From assembly GCA_965216785.1 (NCBI GenBank), contig OZ244197.1, forward strand, positions 1,952,001-2,016,000: a stretch of DNA of 64,000 nucleotides, given 5' to 3'. How positions within the stretch are numbered: the stretch's first letter is position 1; each line of letters opens with the position of its first letter. This document shows, piece by piece, positions 1-9,560 of the stretch. The notes under the pieces are model-generated. The model ran no database searches. It was not told where the DNA came from and saw only the letters and a list, made by a program, of their open reading frames with translations. This DNA comes from Thermodesulfobacteriota bacterium (lineage in GTDB: Bacteria > Desulfobacterota_D > UBA1144 > Nemesobacterales > UBA2774). The translations under genes were made by a program, and so were the position numbers.

Positions 1-134
1 GTTATCCTCTGGTTTTGGAACTTTACGGTTTGCACGGTTTTTGCGATAATGAGTGTTCCTATGACGATCCCTACCGCAAGCAATGCTCCCAGAAGAGTAA
101 GCCCGAGCCATGATTTAGAATTTTGATTAGCCAT
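1..134 (-). CDS. 5' part of a membrane-anchored protein, probably SIMPL/DUF541 family (runs off the window start)
   Basis: Hand translation from ATG at 134: MANQNSKSWLGLTLLGALLAVGIVIGTLIIAKTVQTVKFQNQRI. One TM helix followed by an RI(TV)-like start typical of SIMPL proteins. Confidence 0.5.
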   Translation of the reverse strand, partial: MANQNSKSWLGLTLLGALLAVGIVIGTLIIAKTVQTVKFQNQRI

Positions 135-250
135 TCTGTATGCGCTTCCCTTTAATAGATATGATAATATGTCAATAGAATATAGTGCTGTCTGTTAAGA
201 ATCTAGTAAAATTTGCACCTAACTGTTAAATAAGTGCCAGTATTGCGGTA

Positions 251-276
251 GATTGCCTTGCCTCGCTCGCAATGAC
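251..276. repeat. REP-like imperfect palindrome (GATTGC...CTCGCAATGAC)
   Basis: gattgccttgcctcgctcgcaatgac resembles the GTCATTGCGAG-type intergenic palindromes; single copy seen. Confidence 0.4.
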
Positions 277-313
277 TGCAATAGGATAAACCTGTATAAT
301 TAAAACCATTATC

Positions 314-1258
314 ATGAAAGAGCGGTACAGGAACTATAGGACATATATAAATGAAATGTTCGGGGAAAGAGTAAATAAGCTTTCTGTGGACATGGGGTTT
401 ACGTGTCCGAACCGCGACGGCTCGATCGCCCAGGGTGGGTGCGTATACTGCAATAACGACAGCTTTGTGCCCCCTTACGCGAGGGTGCGGCACACTATGC
501 GGGACCAGATCGAGAACGGCATGGAGTATCTAAAAAAGCGGTTCAAGGCAAGGAAATTTATCATTTATTTCCAGGCGTATACGAACACATACGCAGACGT
601 CGCAGAGCTTGAGCAAATGTACCGCGAAGCGCTCTCATACCCAGATGTCGTGGGCATAGCGGTGGGTACGCGCTCAGATTGTATAGACGAGGAAAAGCTC
701 GGCATGTTTGAGAGGCTCGCCCGTGAGTGCTATGTCACAGTCGAGTACGGTATCGAGTCTATTTACGATGAGACGCTGAAGTTCATGAACCGCGGGCATG
801 ATTACAAGTCTGTTGTGGACGCAATAGAGCTTACCAAGGGGAGGGGGATAGAGATAGGAGCGCACATTATTGTCGGTATGCCCACAGAGACCAAAGAGCA
901 GATGCTCGCTATGGCGGACGAGGTATCGACGCTTGGGCTGGATACCTTTAAAGTGCATAATCTTCATATCGTAAAAAACACACAACTTGAGAGGATGTAC
1001 CGCGCCGAGCCGTTTCAGATGTTCGGGTTCGAGGAATATATAGAGTTTATCGTGACGTTCCTTGAAAGGCTCGCTCCCGATTTAGTTGTCGAGAGGCTAT
1101 TTACCGATACTCCATATGAGCTTCTTGTAGCTCCGGTATGGGAAAAGTCTCATCTTCAGGTTCTTCAGGGGATTGAGGCTGAGCTTAAGAGAAGGGGGAC
1201 TTATCAGGGAGCGCTGTACGGCGGGGCGTTCAAGAGCGCAAGTCCCGGGCTGCTTTAA
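314..1258 (+). CDS. TIGR01212/YhcC family radical SAM protein
   Basis: FTCPNRDG...GGCVYC motif, YFQAYTNTY, VGTRSDC, HIIVGMP. Confidence 0.92.
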   Translation: MKERYRNYRTYINEMFGERVNKLSVDMGFTCPNRDGSIAQGGCVYCNNDSFVPPYARVRHTMRDQIENGMEYLKKRFKARKFIIYFQAYTNTYADVAELEQMYREALSYPDVVGIAVGTRSDCIDEEKLGMFERLARECYVTVEYGIESIYDETLKFMNRGHDYKSVVDAIELTKGRGIEIGAHIIVGMPTETKEQMLAMADEVSTLGLDTFKVHNLHIVKNTQLERMYRAEPFQMFGFEEYIEFIVTFLERLAPDLVVERLFTDTPYELLVAPVWEKSHLQVLQGIEAELKRRGTYQGALYGGAFKSASPGLL

Positions 1259-1355
1259 CACTGAAAGAATTGCTAAGAATTTATATAAACCCTAGAACTG
1301 GATGCTATAATATCTACTTGCGAAAAGAGCGCATATTATACGGAGGTAATAGAAA

Positions 1356-2096
1356 TTGATTAAAAGCTCTAATCCTGCACTTGGAAAGAAGACTTTTGAG
1401 GCTTACGACACGACCCTTCCCATGGAAGGGCGGATGACCATTAACGGTACTATTAATAAGACCGTAATTCTACTTGTGCTGCTTATGATTCCCGCCTACT
1501 GGATGTGGGGTATGTTCTCTCAGTCAGGTGCTGAGGCTGTTACCCCGTGGCTATACGGGGGACTTTTCGGCGGATTGATATTCGCCTTCGCTACGATATT
1601 CAAAAAAACCTGGTCGCCTTTTACGGCGCCTATCTACGCGCTGCTAGAAGGCCTGTTCATTGGCGGAATTTCGGCGATATTCGAGGCACAGTTCCCTGGA
1701 ATAGTGTTTCAAGCCGTAGCTCTTACGTTCGGTACGCTGTTTTCTTTACTGGTGGCTTACCGTTCCGGGCTAATCAAGGTGACGCAGAAGTTCAGGCTGG
1801 GTGTCGTCGCGGCCACAGGCGCCATATTCCTCGTTTACTTCGTGTCTTTAATCATCGGATTTTTCGGCGTTAACGTGCCCTTTATTTATTCGGGCGGAAC
1901 TTTCGGTATACTTTTCAGCCTGTTCGTCGTGGTGATTGCTGCGCTCAACCTGGTGCTTGATTTTGACTTCATAGAACAGGGCGCTGAGCACGGGGCCCCT
2001 AAATTTATGGAATGGTACGGGGCGTTCGGGCTTATAATTACACTAGTATGGCTGTATATTGAGTTTTTGAGACTGCTGTCCAAAGTTAGACAGTAA
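1356..2096 (+). CDS. Bax inhibitor-1/YccA family membrane protein
   Basis: SSNP start, MTINGTINKT, LVLDFDFIEQG, EWYGAFGLIITLVWLYIEFLRLL; multiple TM helices; GGAGG RBS before TTG. Confidence 0.9.
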   Translation: MIKSSNPALGKKTFEAYDTTLPMEGRMTINGTINKTVILLVLLMIPAYWMWGMFSQSGAEAVTPWLYGGLFGGLIFAFATIFKKTWSPFTAPIYALLEGLFIGGISAIFEAQFPGIVFQAVALTFGTLFSLLVAYRSGLIKVTQKFRLGVVAATGAIFLVYFVSLIIGFFGVNVPFIYSGGTFGILFSLFVVVIAALNLVLDFDFIEQGAEHGAPKFMEWYGAFGLIITLVWLYIEFLRLLSKVRQ

Positions 2097-2121
2097 AAAT
2101 TCTTTTTCGCGGAGGATTTAG

Positions 2122-2637
2122 ATGACCTACTTAACAAATCACTGTAAAAAGCTGCTGCTACTTGCCGCTCTACTTTTAATACCGCTCTCTGGCGCGTTTG
2201 CTCAGGTTGATCAAAGCACTCCTGAAGCGCTGGGGAAGAGTAAGGCGGTCGCCACTCAGGCTAAGGACAAGACCGCTCTAAAGGGGCTTATTCACCCTGA
2301 AGTTGTAAAACATATGCAAAAGCACGAACCGCAGAAGCTGGAGGAAATCCTGAACGCGTGGACAGTGATCGCGATTCCGGAAAATTATCTCCTGGCGGTA
2401 AAGCCGGTGAATGAGATAGGAGAATATAATGCCGAGACTCAGACTATGAACGTGACCGGCCAGGAAATGTATTTCCCTGTGCCCCCGTCTCACTTCATGG
2501 TAATAGTCGCGGAAACGCAAAAGACCGATAGCGAGGGAAATACCAAGACTGTGAGGGTTCCTCTGGGTATCGACCCCATCACTCAGGTCGGCGGTAAGTG
2601 GTACATTATCCTTCCCGGAGTCAAAGAAGCGCAGTAG
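2122..2637 (+). CDS. hypothetical exported protein
   Basis: GGAGG RBS; signal peptide ending AFA; no family recognised. Confidence 0.7.
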   Translation: MTYLTNHCKKLLLLAALLLIPLSGAFAQVDQSTPEALGKSKAVATQAKDKTALKGLIHPEVVKHMQKHEPQKLEEILNAWTVIAIPENYLLAVKPVNEIGEYNAETQTMNVTGQEMYFPVPPSHFMVIVAETQKTDSEGNTKTVRVPLGIDPITQVGGKWYIILPGVKEAQ

Positions 2638-2698
2638 CATGCTTCTTTGAGCGCGGCTACAGTGGCGGCTTAGAACTACTCTGATTATACTCTTTTAA

Positions 2699-3124
2699 GT
2701 GAGCACAGACAGCGGTGATCCAGATTATACAGGGCCGGTAGTTCTCTTTGACGGGGTCTGCAACCTTTGCAGCGGTTCTGTCAGGTTTATCATCGATCGG
2801 GACCCCGGGGGCGTATTCAAATTCGCTCCGCTGCAGTCCGAAACTTCAAAAAGCATTCTTGATAGGCTCGGCCTTCCGACCGATAGTTTAGATACGTTTA
2901 TATTAGTCGAGGACGGGAAATGCTATGTCCGCTCCGAAGCGGCGCTCAGGGTGGCCCGCCGGCTGGGAGGGGCGTGGGCATTGCTGTATATATTTGTCAT
3001 TATCCCCCGGCCGATAAGGGACTATCTGTACGGAACAGTCGCGAGGCATAGATACGAGTGGTTTGGAAAGCGCGAGCAGTGTATGGTGCCCGAACCCGGA
3101 GACCAAGAGAGGTTTCTCAAGTAA
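2699..3124 (+). CDS. DCC family thiol-disulfide oxidoreductase (DUF393)
   Basis: FDGVCNLC (DxxCxxC), FAPLQS, RDYLY..VARHRYEWFGK. Confidence 0.9.
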   Translation: MSTDSGDPDYTGPVVLFDGVCNLCSGSVRFIIDRDPGGVFKFAPLQSETSKSILDRLGLPTDSLDTFILVEDGKCYVRSEAALRVARRLGGAWALLYIFVIIPRPIRDYLYGTVARHRYEWFGKREQCMVPEPGDQERFLK

Positions 3125-3170
3125 TTTAAGCAGTAATTTTCTCTTACTTGGGACGATTTGCATAAAAATT

Positions 3171-3199
3171 TTGACGAACGGGCCGCAAAGTTTTATTAT
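3171..3199 (+). promoter_or_regulatory. sigma70-type promoter upstream of the tandem repeat and first Yip1 gene
   Basis: TTGACG (3171-3176), 17-nt spacer, TATTAT (3194-3199). Confidence 0.65.
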
Positions 3200-3214
3200 G
3201 TGATTTAATATGGG

Positions 3215-3410
3215 GACAGAGGCGAGCGTTTTCGTGCGATGCCTGCAGGATAAAATAAAGCAGACAGAGGCGAGCGTTTTCGTGCGATGCCTGCAGGATA
3301 AAATAAAGCAGACAGAGGCGAGCGTTTTCGTGCGATGCCTGCAGGATAAAATAAAGCAGACAGAGGCGAGCGCTTTCGTGCGATGCCTGCAGGATAAAAT
3401 AAAGCAGACA
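3215..3410. repeat. tandem repeat, 4 x 48 bp plus a degenerate fifth start
   Basis: Unit gacagaggcgagcgttttcgtgcgatgcctgcaggataaaataaagca starts at 3215, 3263, 3311 and 3359; the fourth unit has one T>C change; no spacers. Confidence 0.97.
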
Positions 3411-3458
3411 GCGATGCCTAAGCGGAAATAAAATCAGAAAAAGTAAGGAGGGCATAAG

Positions 3459-3989
3459 ATGGCAAGCTTAGTAGATCGGATGATAAGGGCTTCAAAGCTC
3501 GACGTGAATCTGTACGAGGAGGTTGAGGCCGACCAGGGCTCGATGGGCCAGGCGATTTCGGTAGTTGTAATCTCTAGTATCGCCTCGGGAATCGGTGCGA
3601 TGGGGGTAGTCGGTATCAGCGGAATAATTGTTGGTGCCGTAGCCGCTCTAATAGGATGGGTGGTGTGGGCGTTTCTTGCATATATTATAGGCACAAAGCT
3701 ATTGCCTGAGCCTCAGACAAAGTCCGACATAGGAGAGGTCCTGCGAACTACCGGGTTTGCGAGCTCTCCGGGCGTGTTTCGCATTCTGGCGTTTATTCCA
3801 CTAGTCGGCGCCTTGATATCTATCGCCGCGAGCATATGGATGCTGGTCGCTATGATCATCGCCATCCGGCAGGCTCTTGATTACAAGAGCACCTGGCGCG
3901 CTATTTTGGTATGCGTGATCGGTTTTATAATCTATGTAGTAATAGTTGGGTTTATCCTCTCATTCTTCTTGCCATCGGCTGTTATTTAG
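3459..3989 (+). CDS. Yip1 family membrane protein
   Basis: AAGGAGG RBS; YEEVEAD, LRTTGFASSPG, AIRQALDY; about 5 TM helices. Confidence 0.8.
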   Translation: MASLVDRMIRASKLDVNLYEEVEADQGSMGQAISVVVISSIASGIGAMGVVGISGIIVGAVAALIGWVVWAFLAYIIGTKLLPEPQTKSDIGEVLRTTGFASSPGVFRILAFIPLVGALISIAASIWMLVAMIIAIRQALDYKSTWRAILVCVIGFIIYVVIVGFILSFFLPSAVI

Positions 3990-4125
3990 CCTGGTATTGA
4001 AGCTTGGGTGCTCTGAAGTGTTCACAGGAAATATTTGCTAGGTTTTTTCGGGCCCGATTGGGTATAGTTATAGCAAATTTCTTCTCCGAAGATTTACGAA
4101 TAACCAATAAAGGAGCATTAATCAG

Positions 4126-4659
4126 GTGTTAATCAGCAGAATACTAAGGGCGCTCACGTTAGATCCGCATCTTTTTGAGGAAGTAGAGCATGATAAGACC
4201 GCCACGGTGCAGGCAGTAGTAATCATGCTTCTTTCAAGCGCCGCTGCTGGTCTGGGCGCAGTAAAAGTAGGGGGTATATGGGGGCTTCTTGTTGCGACAG
4301 CGCTGTCCTTTGCCGGATGGGTAGTAATGGCGGGCTTGATCTACGTAATAGGCACCAAGCTCTTCCCCGAGTCTCAGACCAGGACCACAATCGGCGAGCT
4401 GATAAGGGTGCTCGGGTTTGCCAGCGCTCCGGGCCTATTGAGAGTAGTGGCGTTTTTCATCCCTTACTTAAGCGCGCTTGTGCTTCTTGTAATCTGGATA
4501 TGGATCTTCGTTGCGATGGTCGTGGCTACGAGACAGGCCCTTGATTTCAAAAACACCTGGAACGCTATATGGGTGTGTGTCGTGGGCATAATCGCATACG
4601 GACTTGTATATGTGCTCCTGCTATTCGCTTACGGGCTTCCCAAACCTATATGGTCGTAA
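4126..4659 (+). CDS. Yip1 family membrane protein (tandem paralogue)
   Basis: FEEVEHD, IRVLGFASAPG, ATRQALDF; collinear with 3459..3989. Confidence 0.8.
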   Translation: MLISRILRALTLDPHLFEEVEHDKTATVQAVVIMLLSSAAAGLGAVKVGGIWGLLVATALSFAGWVVMAGLIYVIGTKLFPESQTRTTIGELIRVLGFASAPGLLRVVAFFIPYLSALVLLVIWIWIFVAMVVATRQALDFKNTWNAIWVCVVGIIAYGLVYVLLLFAYGLPKPIWS

Positions 4660-6141
4660 GTATGCTTTGTTGTAATATCCTTAAACAGTAGAAAACCATA
4701 TAACCCTATGGAAGGACAAAGCGGAATAAAGCACTGTAAATACTAAGCGTTTTTATACCCGGCATAAATAGCAATCGTTAACGTGCCTTAAGCTGTGGAT
4801 AGCACAAGCAGTACACGGAATATAAAAAATCCGTTTCAATTGCGGATAGATTGCGGATAGCAATTATTTAAAACTGATCTATAGAGAATATCAAATAGAC
4901 AAAAGGATATATCTGTTTTATTATGCATTAGTGCTGTATTGATTGGGGATAATGTTAAGTGCTTAGAAATAGACGATGATAAAATCTAGCTTATATCTTG
5001 TTTCATCCATCTTTTGTGTTCTGATTAGTTGTAGTAATAACCAGCAAACAACATCTATAAATAATTGCAATAAAGTACAGCAGTCTTATGCCTCTGGTTT
5101 GTCTAATCTATATTCTAGCCAATATGAAAATGCTATACAAAATTTCACAGATGTGTTGAATATCAAAAATATATCAAATTGCACGCCAAACCCAATAAGT
5201 GATGTTGCTCCTTCTTTTTATAGAAATAGCGATGGTATTCCTATTATCTATAAAAATAGAGGAATTGCTTACTTTAATTTAGGGGATCCGTTTAAAGCTA
5301 AGAGAGACTTTGAAAAATCTATATCTCTGATTGAGGATTCACAAGATAAACCCTTACTCTTAATAGAAGAAAGCATTTTAGCAGAACTTTATGTTTACAA
5401 GGGAAAAGCCATACAAAAGATGTTTATTCAAACTAACCATCCTGATTCCATCGAAGCTTTTAGAATGTCCTATAAGTATGATCCAAGAGGTCTTTGGATA
5501 AATCCTGATGTTAAGAAATATAAAAAAGACGCAGATGACTTATATTTGTCAGCGGCAGCTTTAGAATTTAAATCAGACAAAAAATCAAAAGAATTGTTCG
5601 AATACGGCATGAATGAGGCTTTGATTTTATATATCAAATATCTGGAGCATAATCCAGCAGATGCAGGAGTGCATGGCAGTGTTGGAAGAATATACATGAG
5701 GCAATCTAAATTTCATGAGGCAATTCAAAGTTGTAACATAGCAATAAGCATTGACCCTATGAATAGTTGGGATCATTTCAATCGCGCTTACGCGAAAAGT
5801 GAGTTAGGAGATAATAGAGGAGCAATATTAGATTTAGACAAAGCCATAAATTTAGACCCTCAATTCAAGGAAGCATACTATAATAGGGGTCTTGCAAAAT
5901 ATAATTTGGGAATATTGGATGATGCGTGTTTTGATTTATCGAAAGCAGGTGAGTTAGGTTTTGCTCAAGCCTATAAGGTTATAAAAGAAAATTGTAATTG
6001 ACTTTTAGATACTTCTGAAAAAAAAGAGACTGCTTTGCGGACAGATTACGGATAAAAACAACAGAACCTTCTAAAATGCCTTTATTTACAAGGGCTTTAT
6101 AGCTTTGCTTACGGGCTTCCAAAGCCTATATGGTCGTAAGT
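4624..6141. mobile_element. AT-rich integrase-less genomic islet inserted in the 3' end of the second Yip1 gene
   Basis: 38-bp direct repeat at 4624-4661 and 6104-6141 with 3 mismatches, all synonymous (FAYGLPKPIWS*); paired TTGCGGATAG-like repeats at 4840-4860 and 6035-6054; abrupt AT enrichment inside. Confidence 0.75.
4976..6001 (+). CDS. tetratricopeptide repeat lipoprotein
   Basis: Lipobox LISC; TPR motifs YKNRGIAYFNLG, FNRAYAKSELGD, YYNRGLAKYNLG; ACFDLSKAGELG tail. Confidence 0.85.
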   Translation: MIKSSLYLVSSIFCVLISCSNNQQTTSINNCNKVQQSYASGLSNLYSSQYENAIQNFTDVLNIKNISNCTPNPISDVAPSFYRNSDGIPIIYKNRGIAYFNLGDPFKAKRDFEKSISLIEDSQDKPLLLIEESILAELYVYKGKAIQKMFIQTNHPDSIEAFRMSYKYDPRGLWINPDVKKYKKDADDLYLSAAALEFKSDKKSKELFEYGMNEALILYIKYLEHNPADAGVHGSVGRIYMRQSKFHEAIQSCNIAISIDPMNSWDHFNRAYAKSELGDNRGAILDLDKAINLDPQFKEAYYNRGLAKYNLGILDDACFDLSKAGELGFAQAYKVIKENCN

Positions 6142-6235
6142 GGTTTTTATCCCAGCGGGCATCGCTGTGTTTTGATTTTAAGCCCGCTCTCGCTCATAAA
6201 GGACATTCACTCGCGGCCCCCAGCCTCTGTCCCCA

Positions 6236-7837
6236 TTAACCCCGGGCTTTTTCGGCTTTCTTGGCTTCGTCTTTTAGGATCTTGTAGTCGATACTATCCA
6301 CAAGCGCCTTCCAGCTGGCTTCGACAATGTTGTGAGATACCCCTACGGTACTCCAGTTGCTCTCGCCGTCCCCTGACTCGATCAGCACTCTGACAACGGC
6401 GTCCGTGCCTTGCTTGGTATTAAGCACCCTTACCCTGTAGTCTTTGAGCTTTACGTCTTTGAGGCTGGGATAGAACTTAACCAGGGCTTTTCTGAGCGCC
6501 TGGTCAATGGCGTTTACAGGGCCGTTGCCGATCGCGGCGGTATGCTCTGTCACGCCGTCCACCTGAACTACGAGTGTGGCCTCGGTCATCGGGTCGTCCC
6601 CTTCGGTGCGCTTGTCCGTCATAGTGCGGGCGCCTATGAGTTTAAAGGGTTTTCTATACTCGCCGAGCGCCTTTCTTACCAAAAGCTCAAAGGATGCGTC
6701 AGCGCCCTCAAACTCATACCCGTCGTTCTCAAGCTTCTTAAGCTCGTCGAGTATGGAGATCACTCGCTCGTCTTTAGGATCGAGTTCTACACCAAGCTCT
6801 TCGGCCTTATAAAGTATGTTGCTCCTGCCCGAGAGGTCTGAAACCAGGACGCGGCGCCTGTTGCCTACGATTTCGGGGTTTACGTGCTCGTAGGTATCCG
6901 GGTCTTTCATCACCGCGCTTACGTGGAGCCCCCCCTTGTGGGCGAAAGCGCTGTCACCGACGAATGGACGGTGCTTGATCGGAGGAAGGTTCGTAAGCTC
7001 ATGGATAAAGTGCGAAGTTTCATACAGCTTCTTGAGCTCGTCTTCCTCAAGGCAGTCGAATCCAAGTTTAATTTTCAGGTCCGGGATGATGGAGCAAAGG
7101 TTCGCGTTTCCGCAGCGCTCTCCGTAGCCGTTTATGGTACCTTGGATTTGCCTTGCCCCCTCTCTTACTGCATAAAGGGTGTTCGCGACTCCCATCTCGC
7201 CGTCGTTGTGGGTGTGAATGCCGAGACTCGCGCCGGGCAGGCTCTCTCTTACCTTCTTTACTATTTCCTCTACTTCCCACGGCATGGTGCCGCCGTTCGT
7301 ATCGCAGAGTACCACGACGTCCGTGCCTGCCTCATAGGCCGCGGTTATGGCTTTCAACGTATATTCAGGGTTTCGCTTAAACCCGTCAAAGAAATGCTCG
7401 GCGTCAAAAAACACCTCATCCGTGTGTTTCTTTAGATACTCAACTGAGTCGCTTATTATCTCCAGATTTTCATCGAGTCCGATTCTGAGGGCTTCTGTGA
7501 CGTGGAAGTCCCAGCTCTTTCCCACTATTGTAACAGCAGGGGTTTCGGCCTTTAGGAGCGCCTGAATGCTGGAGTCTTCTTCACATGTTTTTTTAGCGCG
7601 TCTCGTGCTTCCGAACGCGGCGAATTTTGCTTTTCTGAGCTTTACTTTCTTGGCTTCTTCAAAAAAACCCTCGTCGCGGTCGTTTGACCCGGGCCAGCCG
7701 CCTTCAATGTAGTGCACCCCTAGCTCGTCGAGTTTTTGAGCGATGCGGATCTTATCGTGAATGGAAAAGGAGATGTCCTCTCCCTGTGTGCCGTCTCTAA
7801 GTGTTACGTCGTATATCTTTACAAAATTATCGCTCAT
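6236..7837 (-). CDS. cimA: citramalate synthase
   Basis: [52 protein letters not shown]; LeuA-type regulatory domain. Confidence 0.93.
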   Translation of the reverse strand: MSDNFVKIYDVTLRDGTQGEDISFSIHDKIRIAQKLDELGVHYIEGGWPGSNDRDEGFFEEAKKVKLRKAKFAAFGSTRRAKKTCEEDSSIQALLKAETPAVTIVGKSWDFHVTEALRIGLDENLEIISDSVEYLKKHTDEVFFDAEHFFDGFKRNPEYTLKAITAAYEAGTDVVVLCDTNGGTMPWEVEEIVKKVRESLPGASLGIHTHNDGEMGVANTLYAVREGARQIQGTINGYGERCGNANLCSIIPDLKIKLGFDCLEEDELKKLYETSHFIHELTNLPPIKHRPFVGDSAFAHKGGLHVSAVMKDPDTYEHVNPEIVGNRRRVLVSDLSGRSNILYKAEELGVELDPKDERVISILDELKKLENDGYEFEGADASFELLVRKALGEYRKPFKLIGARTMTDKRTEGDDPMTEATLVVQVDGVTEHTAAIGNGPVNAIDQALRKALVKFYPSLKDVKLKDYRVRVLNTKQGTDAVVRVLIESGDGESNWSTVGVSHNIVEASWKALVDSIDYKILKDEAKKAEKARG

Positions 7838-9087
7838 TTATTTTCCTCATTTTCCGGAGTCCCGCCGAGTTTAAACGCCTCGTGCAGGGTCCTTACAGCA
7901 AGCTCGGTATATTTTTCCTCTATTACACAGGAAATCTTGATTTCCGAGGTGCTTATCATCAATATATTTATTCCTTCCTTGGCAAGCGCCGTAAACATCT
8001 TGGTAGCCACGCCCGAGTGGGTCTTCATTCCTACGCCTACAAGGGATACTTTGGTAATTTTATCGTCAGAGAGTATCTCTCTTGCTCCCAGGCTTCCTGC
8101 CACTTCTTGTGTAATTATAATCGATTTTTTATAGTCTGTCCTGGGCACGGTGAACGTGAGATCTGTATGGCCTTCGTGGCTTACGTTCTGAACGATCATG
8201 TCCACAATTATCCCGTTTTCCCCAAGGGGAGTGAATATCTTGGCCGCAATACCCGGGCTGTCGGGAACCCGGCTGATGGTGATCTTTGCCTGGTTCTTAT
8301 CGAACGATACTCCGGATATAAGAATTTCTTCCAAATGAGACATCTCTTCTTCCTCCTCTACGACCCATGTGCCCCGGGCGTCTGGTTTTGCGGTGGGGCG
8401 TACGTGAAGCGGCACGCCGTGCTTCATGGCGAACTCTACTGCGCGCGCCTGTAGCACCTTGGAGCCGAGGCTTGCCATCTCTAGCATTTCTTCATAGGAT
8501 ATGCGCTCGAGCTTCCTTGCCCTCGGCACCATTGTAGGGTCTGTAGTATATATTCCGTCTACGTCGTCTTTATACAGCTCGCAGGAGTCTGCCTTAAGGG
8601 CGGCCGCGAGCGCGACCGCGGTGAGGTCAGAGCCACCTCTGCCCAGTGTGGTAACGTTGCCGTCAACGTCCACACCCTGAAACCCCGCCACTACTACGAT
8701 CTTGCCGTTTTTGAGGGCGTCCTCGATCTTCTCCGCGTGTATGCTCTGTATCTTTGCCTTTGAGTGTGCGTTATCGGTCACGATTCTTACCTGGTGTCCC
8801 TGAAAAGAGACCGCTTCGTGCCCGAGCGATTTGATCGTCATCGATAGAATGCCGGAGGACACCTGCTCTCCGCTCGAGGTGATGACGTCGAGCTCTCTTT
8901 CATCTGGAGGGTCCATTACCTGAAGCGCCAGATTTACGAGCCTGTCCGTCTCACCCGCCATGGCCGAAACCACCACCAGGACGTCGTTTCCGTCCCTGCT
9001 TGTTTTAATGACGTGCTGCGCAACGCCCCTTATCTTCTCTAAATTAGAGACGCTTGTGCCGCCGTATTTTTGAACGATAAGACCCAT
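7834..9087 (-). CDS. lysC: aspartate kinase
   Basis: [29 protein letters not shown]; two ACT domains (ISTSEIKIS). Confidence 0.96.
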   Translation of the reverse strand: MGLIVQKYGGTSVSNLEKIRGVAQHVIKTSRDGNDVLVVVSAMAGETDRLVNLALQVMDPPDERELDVITSSGEQVSSGILSMTIKSLGHEAVSFQGHQVRIVTDNAHSKAKIQSIHAEKIEDALKNGKIVVVAGFQGVDVDGNVTTLGRGGSDLTAVALAAALKADSCELYKDDVDGIYTTDPTMVPRARKLERISYEEMLEMASLGSKVLQARAVEFAMKHGVPLHVRPTAKPDARGTWVVEEEEEMSHLEEILISGVSFDKNQAKITISRVPDSPGIAAKIFTPLGENGIIVDMIVQNVSHEGHTDLTFTVPRTDYKKSIIITQEVAGSLGAREILSDDKITKVSLVGVGMKTHSGVATKMFTALAKEGINILMISTSEIKISCVIEEKYTELAVRTLHEAFKLGGTPENEENK

Positions 9088-9533
9088 TCACTTGCACCTT
9101 TAATGTTTATATCTCTGCTGTTTTCCGATCCCTCTTCCTCGGGGATCGTAATCTTTATTTCTATCGCTTCCTCGGGGAATATTCCGGGTACTCTGTCGGC
9201 CCACTCTACAGCGGCCACACCGCCGCCGTAAAAGAACTCCTCGTATCCCATTGCCATAAGCTCGTCCTCGTCCGCCACTCTGTATAGATCGAAATGAAAG
9301 AGCGGCAGCCGTCCCTCATAGCAGTTCATTATTACAAACGTTGGGCTGTTGGGCTCTTCCTCTATCTGAAGTCCCTTCGCGATTCCTTTTACGAGTACGG
9401 ATTTTCCGGCACCGAGCTCGCCCACAAGGGCTATAATAGTACCGGGGTTTAGCGATTTTCCAATAATCTCGCCCAGTTTGAGTGTTTGATTCGCGCTATT
9501 TACATGTATTTGTATACTGTCGAGTTCAGTCAT
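9039..9533 (-). CDS. tsaE: tRNA threonylcarbamoyladenosine biosynthesis ATPase TsaE
   Basis: [23 protein letters not shown]. Confidence 0.95.
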   Translation of the reverse strand: MTELDSIQIHVNSANQTLKLGEIIGKSLNPGTIIALVGELGAGKSVLVKGIAKGLQIEEEPNSPTFVIMNCYEGRLPLFHFDLYRVADEDELMAMGYEEFFYGGGVAAVEWADRVPGIFPEEAIEIKITIPEEEGSENSRDINIKGASEWVLSFKNTAAQASLI

Positions 9534-9560
9534 TTAACGTTATCGGTGAATAATTTGAAT

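Noticed and set aside
3215-3410. CRISPR array
   Set aside because: Units are contiguous with no unique spacers, and there are no cas genes in the window.
3144-3455. Minus-strand 103-aa repeat ORF
   Set aside because: By-product of the 48-bp periodicity; antisense to the promoter and overlaps it.
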